The notes below the pieces were generated by a model. The model did not search any database. It worked only from the letters and a program-made list of their open reading frames with translations, and was not told where the DNA came from. Both the position numbers and the translations under genes were made by a program. A stretch of 32,000 nt of DNA. It comes from Acholeplasma laidlawii PG-8A (GTDB taxonomy: Bacteria; Bacillota_I; Bacilli_A; Acholeplasmatales; Acholeplasmataceae). Positions within the stretch are counted from its first letter, which is position 1, and each line of letters begins with the position of its first letter. This document shows positions 9,361 to 17,725 of this stretch, piece after piece. The stretch spans positions 1,440,001 through 1,472,000 of the forward strand of contig NC_010163.1 in assembly GCF_000018785.1 (NCBI RefSeq). The letters are read 5' to 3'.

Positions 9361-9369
9361 TCGTTTTTT
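9344..9369 (+). terminator. Candidate intrinsic terminator overlapping the rqcP stop codon
   Basis: AAAAACGGUC-UUUAU-GAUCGUUUUU (one G.U pair) runs into a U tract. The stem is AT-rich and therefore weak. Confidence 0.45.
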
Positions 9370-9415
9370 AATGGAAATTATAATATAATAAGTAAGAATA
9401 AGGAGGAAATCAAAT

Positions 9416-10903
9416 ATGTTTCCTGATGATTTAAATGAACAACAAAAAATAAGACTTCAAAAAGTTGAAGACTTAAGAAAATTAGGTGTTGATCCTTTCG
9501 GACACCGTTTTGACCGCACACATTTATCTAATGAGATTCATACTACATATGGTAGTTTAACCCGCGAGGAATTAGAAGCTAAAGAAGTACATGTTATTAT
9601 TGCAGGTCGTATTGTCTTAAGACGTACCCAAGGTAAAGCTGGTTTTATCCAACTACAAGATAAAGAAGGCCGTATTCAAGTATATGTACGCCTAGATGCA
9701 GTTGGTGAATTCCAATTCGAATTATTTAAACACTCCGATTTAGGTGATATCGTTGGTATTAAAGGTGTTTTATTTAGAACTAAAACAGATGAACTTACTG
9801 TTAAAGCAAGTGAATTTGTTCACTTAACTAAAGCCATTACACCACTTCCTGATAAATTCCATGGTCTACAAGACAAGGAAGAAGCAAGACGTCGCCGTTA
9901 TGTAGATTTAATTGTTAACGAAGATTCTATGCGTGTTGCAAGAACACGTCCAAGAATTATTCGTGCATTTCAACACTATTTTGATTCTAACGGTTTTATT
10001 GAAGTTGAAACACCAGTACTACATCCAATCTTAGGTGGTGCTGCTGCTAGACCGTTTGTTACACACCATAACACACTGGATATGGACTTCTACTTACGTA
10101 TTGCTACAGAGTTACCGCTAAAAAGATTAATTGTTGGTGGTATGGAACGTGTTTACGAAATTGGTCGTCTATTTAGAAACGAAGGCATTAGTGCTAAACA
10201 TAACCCAGAGTTTACAACTGTTGAAGCTTACCAAGCATTTGGTGATGTTACGGATATGATGAAACTTGTTGAAGACTGTTTATCTAGTGTAGCTTTTGAA
10301 GTAAATGGTTCATATGATGTCGTATTTAATGATCAAACCATTCATTTAAAAGACTTTAAACGTGCACATATGGTCGATTTAATTAAAGAACAAACAGGTG
10401 AAGACTTCTTTAATCAATATAGTCTAGAAGAAGCTAAACAAATTGCTAAAAAGCATAACGTACAAGTGGAACCTCACTTTACAGTAGGACACATCATTGA
10501 AGCATTCTTTAATGACTATGTTGAAAAAACAATCATCCAACCTACAATCGTATTTGGACATCCAGTAGAAATCTCACCACTGGCAAAATCAAATGATAAA
10601 GACCCTAGATTTACAGATCGTTTTGAATTATTTATCATGGGTTCTGAATATGCAAATGCATTTTCAGAGTTAAATGATCCAGTGGATCAAAAAAATAGAT
10701 TCTTAGACCAATTAAAACAAAAAGAAAAAGGCGATGACGAAGCATCCGAAATGGATATTGACTTTGTTGAGGCACTTGAATATGGTATGCCTCCAACCGG
10801 TGGTATTGGTATTGGTATTGATAGATTCATTATGCTCCTTACAAATACACCCAATATTCGTGATGTTATCTTATTTCCTCACGCTAGAATTAAAACTAAA
10901 TAA
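9416..10903 (+). CDS. lysS: Lysine--tRNA ligase, class II
   Basis: An OB anticodon-binding domain plus class II motifs (FRNEGIS, GGIGIGIDRFIML). The protein is 495 aa. RBS is AAGGAGG. Confidence 0.97.
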   Translation: MFPDDLNEQQKIRLQKVEDLRKLGVDPFGHRFDRTHLSNEIHTTYGSLTREELEAKEVHVIIAGRIVLRRTQGKAGFIQLQDKEGRIQVYVRLDAVGEFQFELFKHSDLGDIVGIKGVLFRTKTDELTVKASEFVHLTKAITPLPDKFHGLQDKEEARRRRYVDLIVNEDSMRVARTRPRIIRAFQHYFDSNGFIEVETPVLHPILGGAAARPFVTHHNTLDMDFYLRIATELPLKRLIVGGMERVYEIGRLFRNEGISAKHNPEFTTVEAYQAFGDVTDMMKLVEDCLSSVAFEVNGSYDVVFNDQTIHLKDFKRAHMVDLIKEQTGEDFFNQYSLEEAKQIAKKHNVQVEPHFTVGHIIEAFFNDYVEKTIIQPTIVFGHPVEISPLAKSNDKDPRFTDRFELFIMGSEYANAFSELNDPVDQKNRFLDQLKQKEKGDDEASEMDIDFVEALEYGMPPTGGIGIGIDRFIMLLTNTPNIRDVILFPHARIKTK

Positions 10904-10910
10904 TATATCA

Positions 10911-10943
10911 AAAAACCTCCAATATTTTGGAGGTTTTTATTTG
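10911..10943. terminator. Bidirectional intrinsic terminator at the lysS / minus-strand block convergence
   Basis: 11-bp stem AAAACCTCCAA / TTGGAGGTTTT with loop TATT. T-rich sequence lies downstream and A-rich sequence upstream. Confidence 0.75.
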
Positions 10944-10957
10944 CATGACGTATTAAA

Positions 10958-11272
10958 TTAAGATATTTGTCCAATAGTTTCCGCGAGCATATAAATAAAC
11001 ATGACTGTATAAGAAAGCGATACTATGGATAAGGTAAATGTTATACCACTTCTTTTACTTCTTCTAATAATAAATACTATGAGAGAAATTAAAAACATGA
11101 TAATCGGTATTCTAAAGTCATAAGTAAAAATAAAGCGAGACATAAAATTCATATGTATAGGATCATTATTCTCAATAGGCTTATTCATAAATATAAATAA
11201 TACCCCAATCATCGATAAAAAAAGTACTAATATGTTTAATGCTGTATATATCTTACCTAGTGTTTTCTTCAT
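10958..11272 (-). CDS. Small hypothetical membrane protein (3 predicted TM helices)
   Basis: The ORF track starts at a TTG at 11317. The ATG at 11272 (MKKTLGKIYTALNILVLF...) has a GGGGG RBS 8 nt upstream. I recognise no family. Confidence 0.55.
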   Translation of the reverse strand: MKKTLGKIYTALNILVLFLSMIGVLFIFMNKPIENNDPIHMNFMSRFIFTYDFRIPIIMFLISLIVFIIRRSKRSGITFTLSIVSLSYTVMFIYMLAETIGQIS

Positions 11273-11346
11273 TTTCAAACCCCCATTTAATAACTTATTA
11301 TATATATGATTTGTCAAATGACGGGTTTATTAATCTGTTACTCACA

Positions 11347-11862
11347 TTATATTTCGATATAACTTCTATAACCCCTTGATTGATAATAGCTATCTGCGCC
11401 ATTATGAAATATAAATGCGCGTCCATATCTTTTTTCAGCATTTAATGCACCACCTAAATCTCTTATAGATTTTGGTGTTGCAATCCATGATGAAGTCTTA
11501 AGATCGAAATCTTCTAGTGTTTGCATATATAGATACATGGCTTCTGTGACTAATTTTGAACCGAGATTATTAATATCTTTTTCAACACTTGATTCTGGTT
11601 TAAACTTCTTTCTGTCATGCCAAGCTTTCTCGTCATAACAAAAACTTCTTCTATTTGGAGACTCTTTAGAAAAATCTACATAATAAAGTTTTCCTTCGAA
11701 TGCTATAATATCAATTTCTCCACCACTATCTTCCATCTTTTGCAGGATGGTGAGTTTGTTTGGATCTTGATTTATTTTTTGAAAAACACTATCCCAAGTG
11801 ACACCCTCATGTCTATGTGGGTGTTTCTTAAATCTTAATTCTAATATATCTAATAACTTCAT
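11347..11862 (-). CDS. DUF4256-domain protein
   Basis: Blocks EDSGGEIDII, ESPNRRSFCYDEKAW, DLKTSSWIATPKSIRDLGGAL and FIFHNGADSYYQSRGYR match the DUF4256 family as I recall it. The start is set at the ATG at 11862 (MKLLDIL), which has a strong AAGGAGGT RBS. The 12-aa extension in the ORF track is unsupported. Confidence 0.8.
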   Translation of the reverse strand: MKLLDILELRFKKHPHRHEGVTWDSVFQKINQDPNKLTILQKMEDSGGEIDIIAFEGKLYYVDFSKESPNRRSFCYDEKAWHDRKKFKPESSVEKDINNLGSKLVTEAMYLYMQTLEDFDLKTSSWIATPKSIRDLGGALNAEKRYGRAFIFHNGADSYYQSRGYRSYIEI

Positions 11863-11875
11863 ATAAGTTACCTCC

Positions 11876-12331
11876 TTAGAGTTTTTGAAGTACAACACCT
11901 ATGTTTGTATGTTTTCCATACATAATCTTATATTTTTTATTAATTTCAACATTTGTTACAATAATCATTTTTTCTTCATTGGTATCTAAATCTAAGAATA
12001 CTTGTCCAGTATATACGATTTCTTTATTATCTTTTGGTGAAATGCCTCGTCTATTATATTTTGTAAATAAAGCATTGATAACTGGTAGTTTATCTTTTTT
12101 AAGCGCACTTATATCTAGTGTTGCACCTACTGCAATATATACACCAAATAACGCGAGTAATCCAGTAACACCGATAATGATCCAATTAAATACCACCATC
12201 GACTGATCATTTGCATTAACATTCATATCAAATATGGTAAACCCACATACGACACATGCTGCTAAAAAGATAAAGAGTGCGTAACGTCTTCTTGAACTAA
12301 ATTTAATTTTTAATATATCTTTTACAATCAT
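11876..12331 (-). CDS. Hypothetical bitopic membrane protein (2 TM helices plus a C-terminal soluble domain of about 75 aa)
   Basis: TM segments are YALFIFLAACVVCGFTIF and FNWIIIGVTGLLALFGVYIAVGA. A TAATG 1-nt overlap joins it to the upstream oxidoreductase gene. I recognise no family. Confidence 0.6.
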   Translation of the reverse strand: MIVKDILKIKFSSRRRYALFIFLAACVVCGFTIFDMNVNANDQSMVVFNWIIIGVTGLLALFGVYIAVGATLDISALKKDKLPVINALFTKYNRRGISPKDNKEIVYTGQVFLDLDTNEEKMIIVTNVEINKKYKIMYGKHTNIGVVLQKL

Positions 12332-13398
12332 TATTTATTCTCCTTGGATACTTTAACCCATTTATTCAAACTTTGAGATTGATAAATTGCTTCTATGAGT
12401 TGCATAGAGTGTAGTCCATCTTCAAAGTTTGCATAATCTGATGCAAAGTTTTTATTTTCTATTTCATGGTAAAACTGTCTAAAGCCTTCGGCAAACGATT
12501 CTACAAACGTCACTGCTTGGTGTAGGTTGCTATTTTTAAGTGTATCTATTTGCGTTATCTCAATACCTTTAAATTGCTCATTTAAGGTGGCATAGAGTAT
12601 GCTTGATGTCTTATCGCCATTTGACTTAAAAGAGCCATTTAACCCTGATAGTGTGTAACTAAGCAGGTTATCATTACCAATGAGTGATTGACTAATGATT
12701 GCAGATCCAATCGCGTTTTTGTCTGTCTTATATATGACGACACCAATATCTTCTGTATCTACAACGTTTCCACCTCTTTTTGGGTGTACTTGTTTAAATA
12801 ATGCAGATACTTCTGTAATTTTATGCCCGGATAAAAATTCTACTAAATCAAAATAGTGTGTACCAACATCAGCAATGACTCTTGTTAAACCACCATACTT
12901 TTGGTTGTCACGCCAGTTATACACATCAGGACTAGCTGCCCAACCTTGGGTGTATTCACCATGTATCGATATAATCGGTCCAATATCTTTTATATGTGTT
13001 TTAACAAATTGGTTGTTTGCATAAAACCTATTATGGAAGTGTATTTTAGCAACCAGACCTTTAGATTTTGCTAATTGATATAACTTAATTGCTTCATCAA
13101 CATTCATCGTCATTGGTTTTTCAAGTATGACATGAAGGTTATGATTTAAAGCGTAAGATGCTATTTCATAGTGTACATCATTGGATGTACAAATGTGTAC
13201 AGCATCTAACGTCTCTTTATCTATCATTTCTTTATAATCCGTATAATAAGACTTAATACCTAGTCTTTTACTCTTTTCTTCTGCTTGATGTCTAGAACTA
13301 ATGGAGACCACATCAACATTATCTAATTGTCTTAATGCTTCTATATGTACTAAAGAGATTCTTCCAATTCCGATGATACCTACTTTATATGTTTTCAT
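12331..13398 (-). CDS. Gfo/Idh/MocA-family NAD(P)-dependent oxidoreductase
   Basis: N-terminal Rossmann motif KVGIIGIGRIS and the EKP motif (VILEKPM) are present. The protein is 355 aa. Confidence 0.88.
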   Translation of the reverse strand: MKTYKVGIIGIGRISLVHIEALRQLDNVDVVSISSRHQAEEKSKRLGIKSYYTDYKEMIDKETLDAVHICTSNDVHYEIASYALNHNLHVILEKPMTMNVDEAIKLYQLAKSKGLVAKIHFHNRFYANNQFVKTHIKDIGPIISIHGEYTQGWAASPDVYNWRDNQKYGGLTRVIADVGTHYFDLVEFLSGHKITEVSALFKQVHPKRGGNVVDTEDIGVVIYKTDKNAIGSAIISQSLIGNDNLLSYTLSGLNGSFKSNGDKTSSILYATLNEQFKGIEITQIDTLKNSNLHQAVTFVESFAEGFRQFYHEIENKNFASDYANFEDGLHSMQLIEAIYQSQSLNKWVKVSKENK

Positions 13399-13406
13399 CT
13401 ATACAC

Positions 13407-14315
13407 CTATATGTCAAACTTTTCTAATTTATTTAAAATATTTTGAGCATCTTCTTTATACCAATCAGGATATTTTGGATCAATAATAGTTTGTCTAATC
13501 AAGTCGTTATATGCTACATTTTTTTGTCTAAGTAAGATGGTCAGTGCGTTTCTTAAAAGTAATGTTTTACCACGCCATGTATAGGCATGTTTTCCGTATT
13601 TCTCCATAAACTCTTTATTCGTCAAATCAAACAAATCTTGGATGATGACATAAGATGTTGGCTTTTCTCTAAATGCCTCTACTCTAGTAGAATTGACACC
13701 TTTATTATAAGGACATACGCGTTGACATATATCACATCCCATTAAAAGTGCGTTCTTACTGATTTCATAATCAGTTAGCGCGCGTTTTTCTTGGTTATAC
13801 CCACTAATACAGGTTGGCCAATCAAAACCGTTATCTAGTGCACCTACTGGGCATGCTTTAATACATATCGTACAATCCCCACAAGATAGTTTATTTTCTT
13901 CAATCACTTCCGGATATTTTTCTTTAGTAAGAACAAGCCCAATAAAGAAAAAACTACCTAAGTCTTTATGTATCATTAAATTGTTTTTACCATGAAAGGC
14001 TAAGCCTGTCATTTCTAAACACTTACGCTCGTTAATTGTATGATTATCTACTAACGCCTTATAATCAACATTTAGTTCTTTTAAGGCTTCGTGCATCATA
14101 GAACGCATAACATCATGATAATCATAACCATAAGTATACATCGATGCAGTTAGCTTATCATTCTCATGTTTTAGGTATGTATTTGGATAACCTAAGCCTA
14201 CAACAAAAATGGATTCATATCCTACGAGGTTATAATCAAATTTAATTGATTGGTATCTATCTGCATCAATAGTACCAACAAAATCAAATGCTTCTTTTAA
14301 TTTTTCATACACCAT
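13407..14315 (-). CDS. queG: Epoxyqueuosine reductase (short QueG form)
   Basis: YGYDYHDVMR, INERKCLEMTGLAFHGKNNLMIHKDLGSFFFIGLVLT, and two 4Fe-4S motifs (CGDCTICIKACPVGAL and CDICQRVCPYN) align with conserved QueG blocks. Confidence 0.8.
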   Translation of the reverse strand: MVYEKLKEAFDFVGTIDADRYQSIKFDYNLVGYESIFVVGLGYPNTYLKHENDKLTASMYTYGYDYHDVMRSMMHEALKELNVDYKALVDNHTINERKCLEMTGLAFHGKNNLMIHKDLGSFFFIGLVLTKEKYPEVIEENKLSCGDCTICIKACPVGALDNGFDWPTCISGYNQEKRALTDYEISKNALLMGCDICQRVCPYNKGVNSTRVEAFREKPTSYVIIQDLFDLTNKEFMEKYGKHAYTWRGKTLLLRNALTILLRQKNVAYNDLIRQTIIDPKYPDWYKEDAQNILNKLEKFDI

Positions 14316-14394
14316 TTAAAATCACCTAAAAGTTTATATATATGATTATAACATTATATAAGGTACCAGGTTTCAATTTAAGTCCTTTTTAAGG

Positions 14395-14424
14395 TAAGAA
14401 AAAGGAATGATTTCTCATTCCTTT
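14395..14424 (-). terminator. Intrinsic terminator overlapping the stop codon of the acidic 185-aa ORF
   Basis: 10-bp stem AAAGGAATGA / TCATTCCTTT with a 4-nt loop. On the minus strand it is followed by TTCTT. Confidence 0.6.
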
Positions 14425-14972
14425 ATAATTCCTAATTCATCTGCAATTTCTAAGAAGATGCTGTCAATTGGATAATACTCAATATTGAGTCTCTTAAATA
14501 TTTGTAAACTCATATCATCTAGTTGCTTATAGAGTGTTTCATCTATTTTTTCTTTGTTTGTAAGTTTTGATATGATGAGTGTTTCAAAATTTAATAATTG
14601 TTCCATACTTTGTGCATCATAATTTTCTAAATCCAGAAGTTCATGTTGGAAATCAATTGTGTTTAACAATAAATTAACTTTTTTAGCATCAACATTCATT
14701 GCTAAGTAGTCATTGTTATATAAGTTAACCAATATTTTCTTGATTTCTTCCACTTGAGTATGAAGATAATGAAATCCAAATGAAAAGTTATCATGATCAT
14801 CTTCATTATATGTAGGATCATCAATTAACTTGTTATATAGATGATCTACTACATTTAACACATTCTCAAATCTAAATAGCAATAATGAATCTAATTGTTT
14901 TAGTTTTGAGAGTAGTTCTTCATGTTCAAGTAGCCATCCAGCATATTCATTGTAGATTAATTCATGTTCCAT
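14415..14972 (-). CDS. Hypothetical acidic, predicted all-helical cytoplasmic protein
   Basis: Long ORF with no TM helix. It is rich in D/E/L/N. A GAGGT RBS is correctly spaced for the second ATG (MEHELIY, 14972) rather than the ATG at 14978. It ends in TGA. I recognise no family. Confidence 0.6.
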   Translation of the reverse strand: MEHELIYNEYAGWLLEHEELLSKLKQLDSLLLFRFENVLNVVDHLYNKLIDDPTYNEDDHDNFSFGFHYLHTQVEEIKKILVNLYNNDYLAMNVDAKKVNLLLNTIDFQHELLDLENYDAQSMEQLLNFETLIISKLTNKEKIDETLYKQLDDMSLQIFKRLNIEYYPIDSIFLEIADELGIIKE

Positions 14973-15015
14973 GTTCATACCTCACTTAATAATTTATGAA
15001 GTTATAAGAATGAAA

Positions 15016-15879
15016 TTAAGCTTTATTTACTGAACCAAACATTGTTAATTTATCTTTAATAACTTGTTTCATTGCTACATAACCAGGATTTAATAATTTT
15101 CTTGGGTCAAATCCTTTAGATTCTAGGTCTTTACCTTCTTCAATGTATTTTCTAGTTGCAGCAGCAAATGCTAATTGTAACTCAGTGTTTACGTTGATTT
15201 TTGCAATACCTAATGAAATTGCTTTAGTAATTTGGTCTGCAGGAATACCTGTACCACCATGTAATACTAAAGGTACACCATTTGTAACTTCACTTACAGT
15301 TTTTAATACGCCAAAGTCTAAACCTTTCCAGTTTGCTGGGTATTTACCATGAATATTACCAATACCAGCAGCGAATAGATCTACACCAGTAGCTGCAATA
15401 ATACGGCATTCTTCTGGATCAGCTAATTCACCTGTACCAACAACACCGTCTTCTTCCCCACCAATTGAACCCACTTCAGCTTCTACAGATACACCAACAG
15501 CGTGTGCAACTGCTACAACTTCTTGCGTTTTCTTTAAGTTTTCTTCAAATGGATAGTGTGAACCATCAAACATTACTGAAGTAAAACCAGCGCGGATTGC
15601 TTTAAAAGCACCTTCATAAGTACCATGGTCTAGATGAACTGCAACTGGAACACTAATGTTCATTGCTTTGTCTAATGTAGATACCATAGCCATAACGTTT
15701 TCATAACCACCCATGTATTTAGCTGCACCTTCTGATACACCTAAAATCACTGGTGATTTTAATTCTTCAACAGTAGATAATACTGCTTTAATCCATTCAA
15801 GGTTGTTGATGTTGATTTGTGCAACAGCATAACCTTCAGCCTTAGCTTTTTGTAACATTTCTTTTGCGGAAACTAACAT
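15016..15879 (-). CDS. fba: Class II fructose-1,6-bisphosphate aldolase
   Basis: MLVSAKEMLQKAKAEGYAVAQININNLEW..., HLDHG and LVLHGGTG are canonical class II FBA motifs. RBS is AAGGAGG. Confidence 0.96.
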   Translation of the reverse strand: MLVSAKEMLQKAKAEGYAVAQININNLEWIKAVLSTVEELKSPVILGVSEGAAKYMGGYENVMAMVSTLDKAMNISVPVAVHLDHGTYEGAFKAIRAGFTSVMFDGSHYPFEENLKKTQEVVAVAHAVGVSVEAEVGSIGGEEDGVVGTGELADPEECRIIAATGVDLFAAGIGNIHGKYPANWKGLDFGVLKTVSEVTNGVPLVLHGGTGIPADQITKAISLGIAKINVNTELQLAFAAATRKYIEEGKDLESKGFDPRKLLNPGYVAMKQVIKDKLTMFGSVNKA

Positions 15880-15913
15880 TTTTTGAATCCTCCTTATCGT
15901 TTTGCCAATAGAT

Positions 15914-15942
15914 ATTATATATCTAATTGTATTTTTTTACAA
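15914..15942 (-). promoter_or_regulatory. Sigma-70 promoter of fba
   Basis: Minus strand reads TTGTAA (15942-15937), an exact 17-nt spacer, then TATAAT (15919-15914). Confidence 0.6.
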
Positions 15943-15955
15943 ACATTTAGGGTAA

Positions 15956-17566
15956 TTATTGCTTAATTTTGTTATTTTTAAGAGACATTTCTATAAATCT
16001 TCTAAATAACGGGTGTGGGCGTAGTGGTCTTGATAAAAACTCAGGGTGATATTGTACGCCTACAAACCAAACATGGTTTTTAAGTTCAATAATTTCCACT
16101 AAATTTCGCTCAGGATTTATACCACTAAATATAAAATTATTATCGTTAAATAACGCCTTATATTGATTGTTAAATTCATAACGATGTCTATGACGTTCCT
16201 TAATTAGAGCATGCCCATAAGACTTAGATGCAACAGTATTTGGTTCAATCTTACAATCATATAAACCTAATCTTAATGTACCACCTAAATCAGTGCCTGG
16301 TGCTTCTAGTGTATGGATAAGTGGCATAGATGTATTCGGATCAATTTCTGTGGTTTCAGCTTCTTTATAACCTAATACATTTCTAGCATATTCAATGGTT
16401 GCTAGTTGCATACCATAACATATACCAAAGAAGGGTATGTTATGTTCTCTAGCATACTGAATCGCTAATAGTTTACCTGAGGTTGCTCTTTTACCAAATC
16501 CACCAGGTACTAAAATACCATCACAAGACTCTAAGGTATCTTCATAGTTATCATTGGTTAGCTTTTCAGCATTTAACCATTTAATTTTAACTTCACAGCG
16601 GTGATAAAATCCTGCGTGTTTTAGTGATTCTGATACAGATAAATATGCATCTTGTAGTGTCACATACTTACCAACTAAACCAATCGTAATACGGTGTTGT
16701 GGGGTTTTAATACGTTCAATTAAATCTTCCCAAGAAGACATATCTGGTATAACTTCATTATCTATTTGGAAATGCTTTAAGATATAGTCATCAATTTTTT
16801 GTTTTCTAAAATTTAAAATAGATTCATATATAACGTTAACATCAAGAGATTCAAACACTGCTTCTTTATCAACATCACAAAATAACGCAATCTTTTCCTT
16901 TACATCACTACTAATATTTACTTCACTTCTTAATATAATAATATCTGGTTGAATACCAAGTGATCTTAACTCTTTAACAGAGTGTTGGGTTGGTTTTGTT
17001 TTGATCTCATTAGATGCTTTTAAAAAAGGTACTAGAGTATTATGTATATAAAGCGTGTTTTTATAGCCAAAATCACGTCTTGCTTGACGAATTGCTTCTA
17101 AGTATGGAAGAGATTCAATATCGCCTACTGTGCCGCCAGTTTCAGTGATAATAACGTCTGCACCGGATATTTGTGCTGCTTCTTTTAACTTTAATTTGAT
17201 TTCATCTGTAACATGAGGAATAACTTGTACAGTTGCACCTAAATAATCCCCTCTACGTTCTTTATTAATAACGTTTTGATATATCTTACCTGTTGTAATC
17301 GAGGATTCCTTTGTCAAATTAATATCAATAAAACGTTCATAATGCCCTAAATCTAAGTCTGTTTCTGCACCATCATCTGTAACAAAAACCTCTCCATGTT
17401 GAAAAGGACTCATGGTACCTGGATCCACATTAATATAAGGATCAAACTTTTGGGTAAACACCTTTAACCCTCTAGATTTTAAAATTTGACCGATTGCAGA
17501 TGCTGATATACCTTTACCTAAAGATGATACAACGCCGCCTGTAACAAATATAAATTTTGTAGCCAT
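15956..17566 (-). CDS. pyrG: CTP synthase (glutamine-hydrolysing)
   Basis: [19 protein letters not shown]... is the conserved N-terminus, and the GATase domain carries GICYGMQ. The start is set at the ATG at 17566, which has an AAGGAA RBS. The 33-aa TTG-initiated extension in the ORF track covers the leader terminator and the promoter. Confidence 0.97.
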   Translation of the reverse strand: MATKFIFVTGGVVSSLGKGISASAIGQILKSRGLKVFTQKFDPYINVDPGTMSPFQHGEVFVTDDGAETDLDLGHYERFIDINLTKESSITTGKIYQNVINKERRGDYLGATVQVIPHVTDEIKLKLKEAAQISGADVIITETGGTVGDIESLPYLEAIRQARRDFGYKNTLYIHNTLVPFLKASNEIKTKPTQHSVKELRSLGIQPDIIILRSEVNISSDVKEKIALFCDVDKEAVFESLDVNVIYESILNFRKQKIDDYILKHFQIDNEVIPDMSSWEDLIERIKTPQHRITIGLVGKYVTLQDAYLSVSESLKHAGFYHRCEVKIKWLNAEKLTNDNYEDTLESCDGILVPGGFGKRATSGKLLAIQYAREHNIPFFGICYGMQLATIEYARNVLGYKEAETTEIDPNTSMPLIHTLEAPGTDLGGTLRLGLYDCKIEPNTVASKSYGHALIKERHRHRYEFNNQYKALFNDNNFIFSGINPERNLVEIIELKNHVWFVGVQYHPEFLSRPLRPHPLFRRFIEMSLKNNKIKQ

Positions 17567-17586
17567 AATAGATTCCTTACCTTTCT

Positions 17587-17621
17587 TAAAATAAATAAAA
17601 AGTCTCCTAAAAAGGAGACTT
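17587..17621 (-). terminator. Intrinsic terminator (attenuator) in the pyrG 5' leader
   Basis: Minus-strand RNA forms AAGUCUCCU-UUUU-AGGAGACUU (9 bp) followed by UUUAUUUAUUUU. It lies between the promoter and the pyrG RBS. Confidence 0.7.
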
Positions 17622-17645
17622 CTTTGAATTGTCGAATTATGGTGT

Positions 17646-17684
17646 GCCCTTATTAATTGTATCAAAGACGCTTTAAAGTTTCAA
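17646..17684 (-). promoter_or_regulatory. pyrG promoter with a GGGC initially transcribed sequence
   Basis: Minus strand reads TTGAAA (17684-17679), an exact 17-nt spacer, TACAAT (17661-17656), a 6-nt spacer TAATAA, then GGGC (17649-17646) at the expected +1. Confidence 0.65.
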
Positions 17685-17725
17685 CACTTATATGAAATAA
17701 TTGTCTACTTAATTTTTTAATGCAC

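Noticed and set aside
9361-9415. T-box leader upstream of lysS.
   Set aside because: The intergenic region is only 55 nt, far too short for a T-box of about 200 nt or more. No T-box consensus sequence or antiterminator is present.
11273-11898. N-terminal extensions of the 104-aa membrane protein (TTG at 11317) and of the DUF4256 protein (ATG at 11898).
   Set aside because: In both cases the internal ATG (11272 and 11862) is preceded by a much better Shine-Dalgarno sequence (GGGGG and AAGGAGGT) at proper spacing. The extensions add non-conserved residues.
17567-17665. 33-aa N-terminal extension of pyrG in the ORF track ([36 protein letters not shown] start).
   Set aside because: The extension spans the leader terminator hairpin, the GGGC start site and the -10 box. 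The conserved CTP synthase N-terminus begins at [11 protein letters not shown], which has its own AAGGAA RBS.
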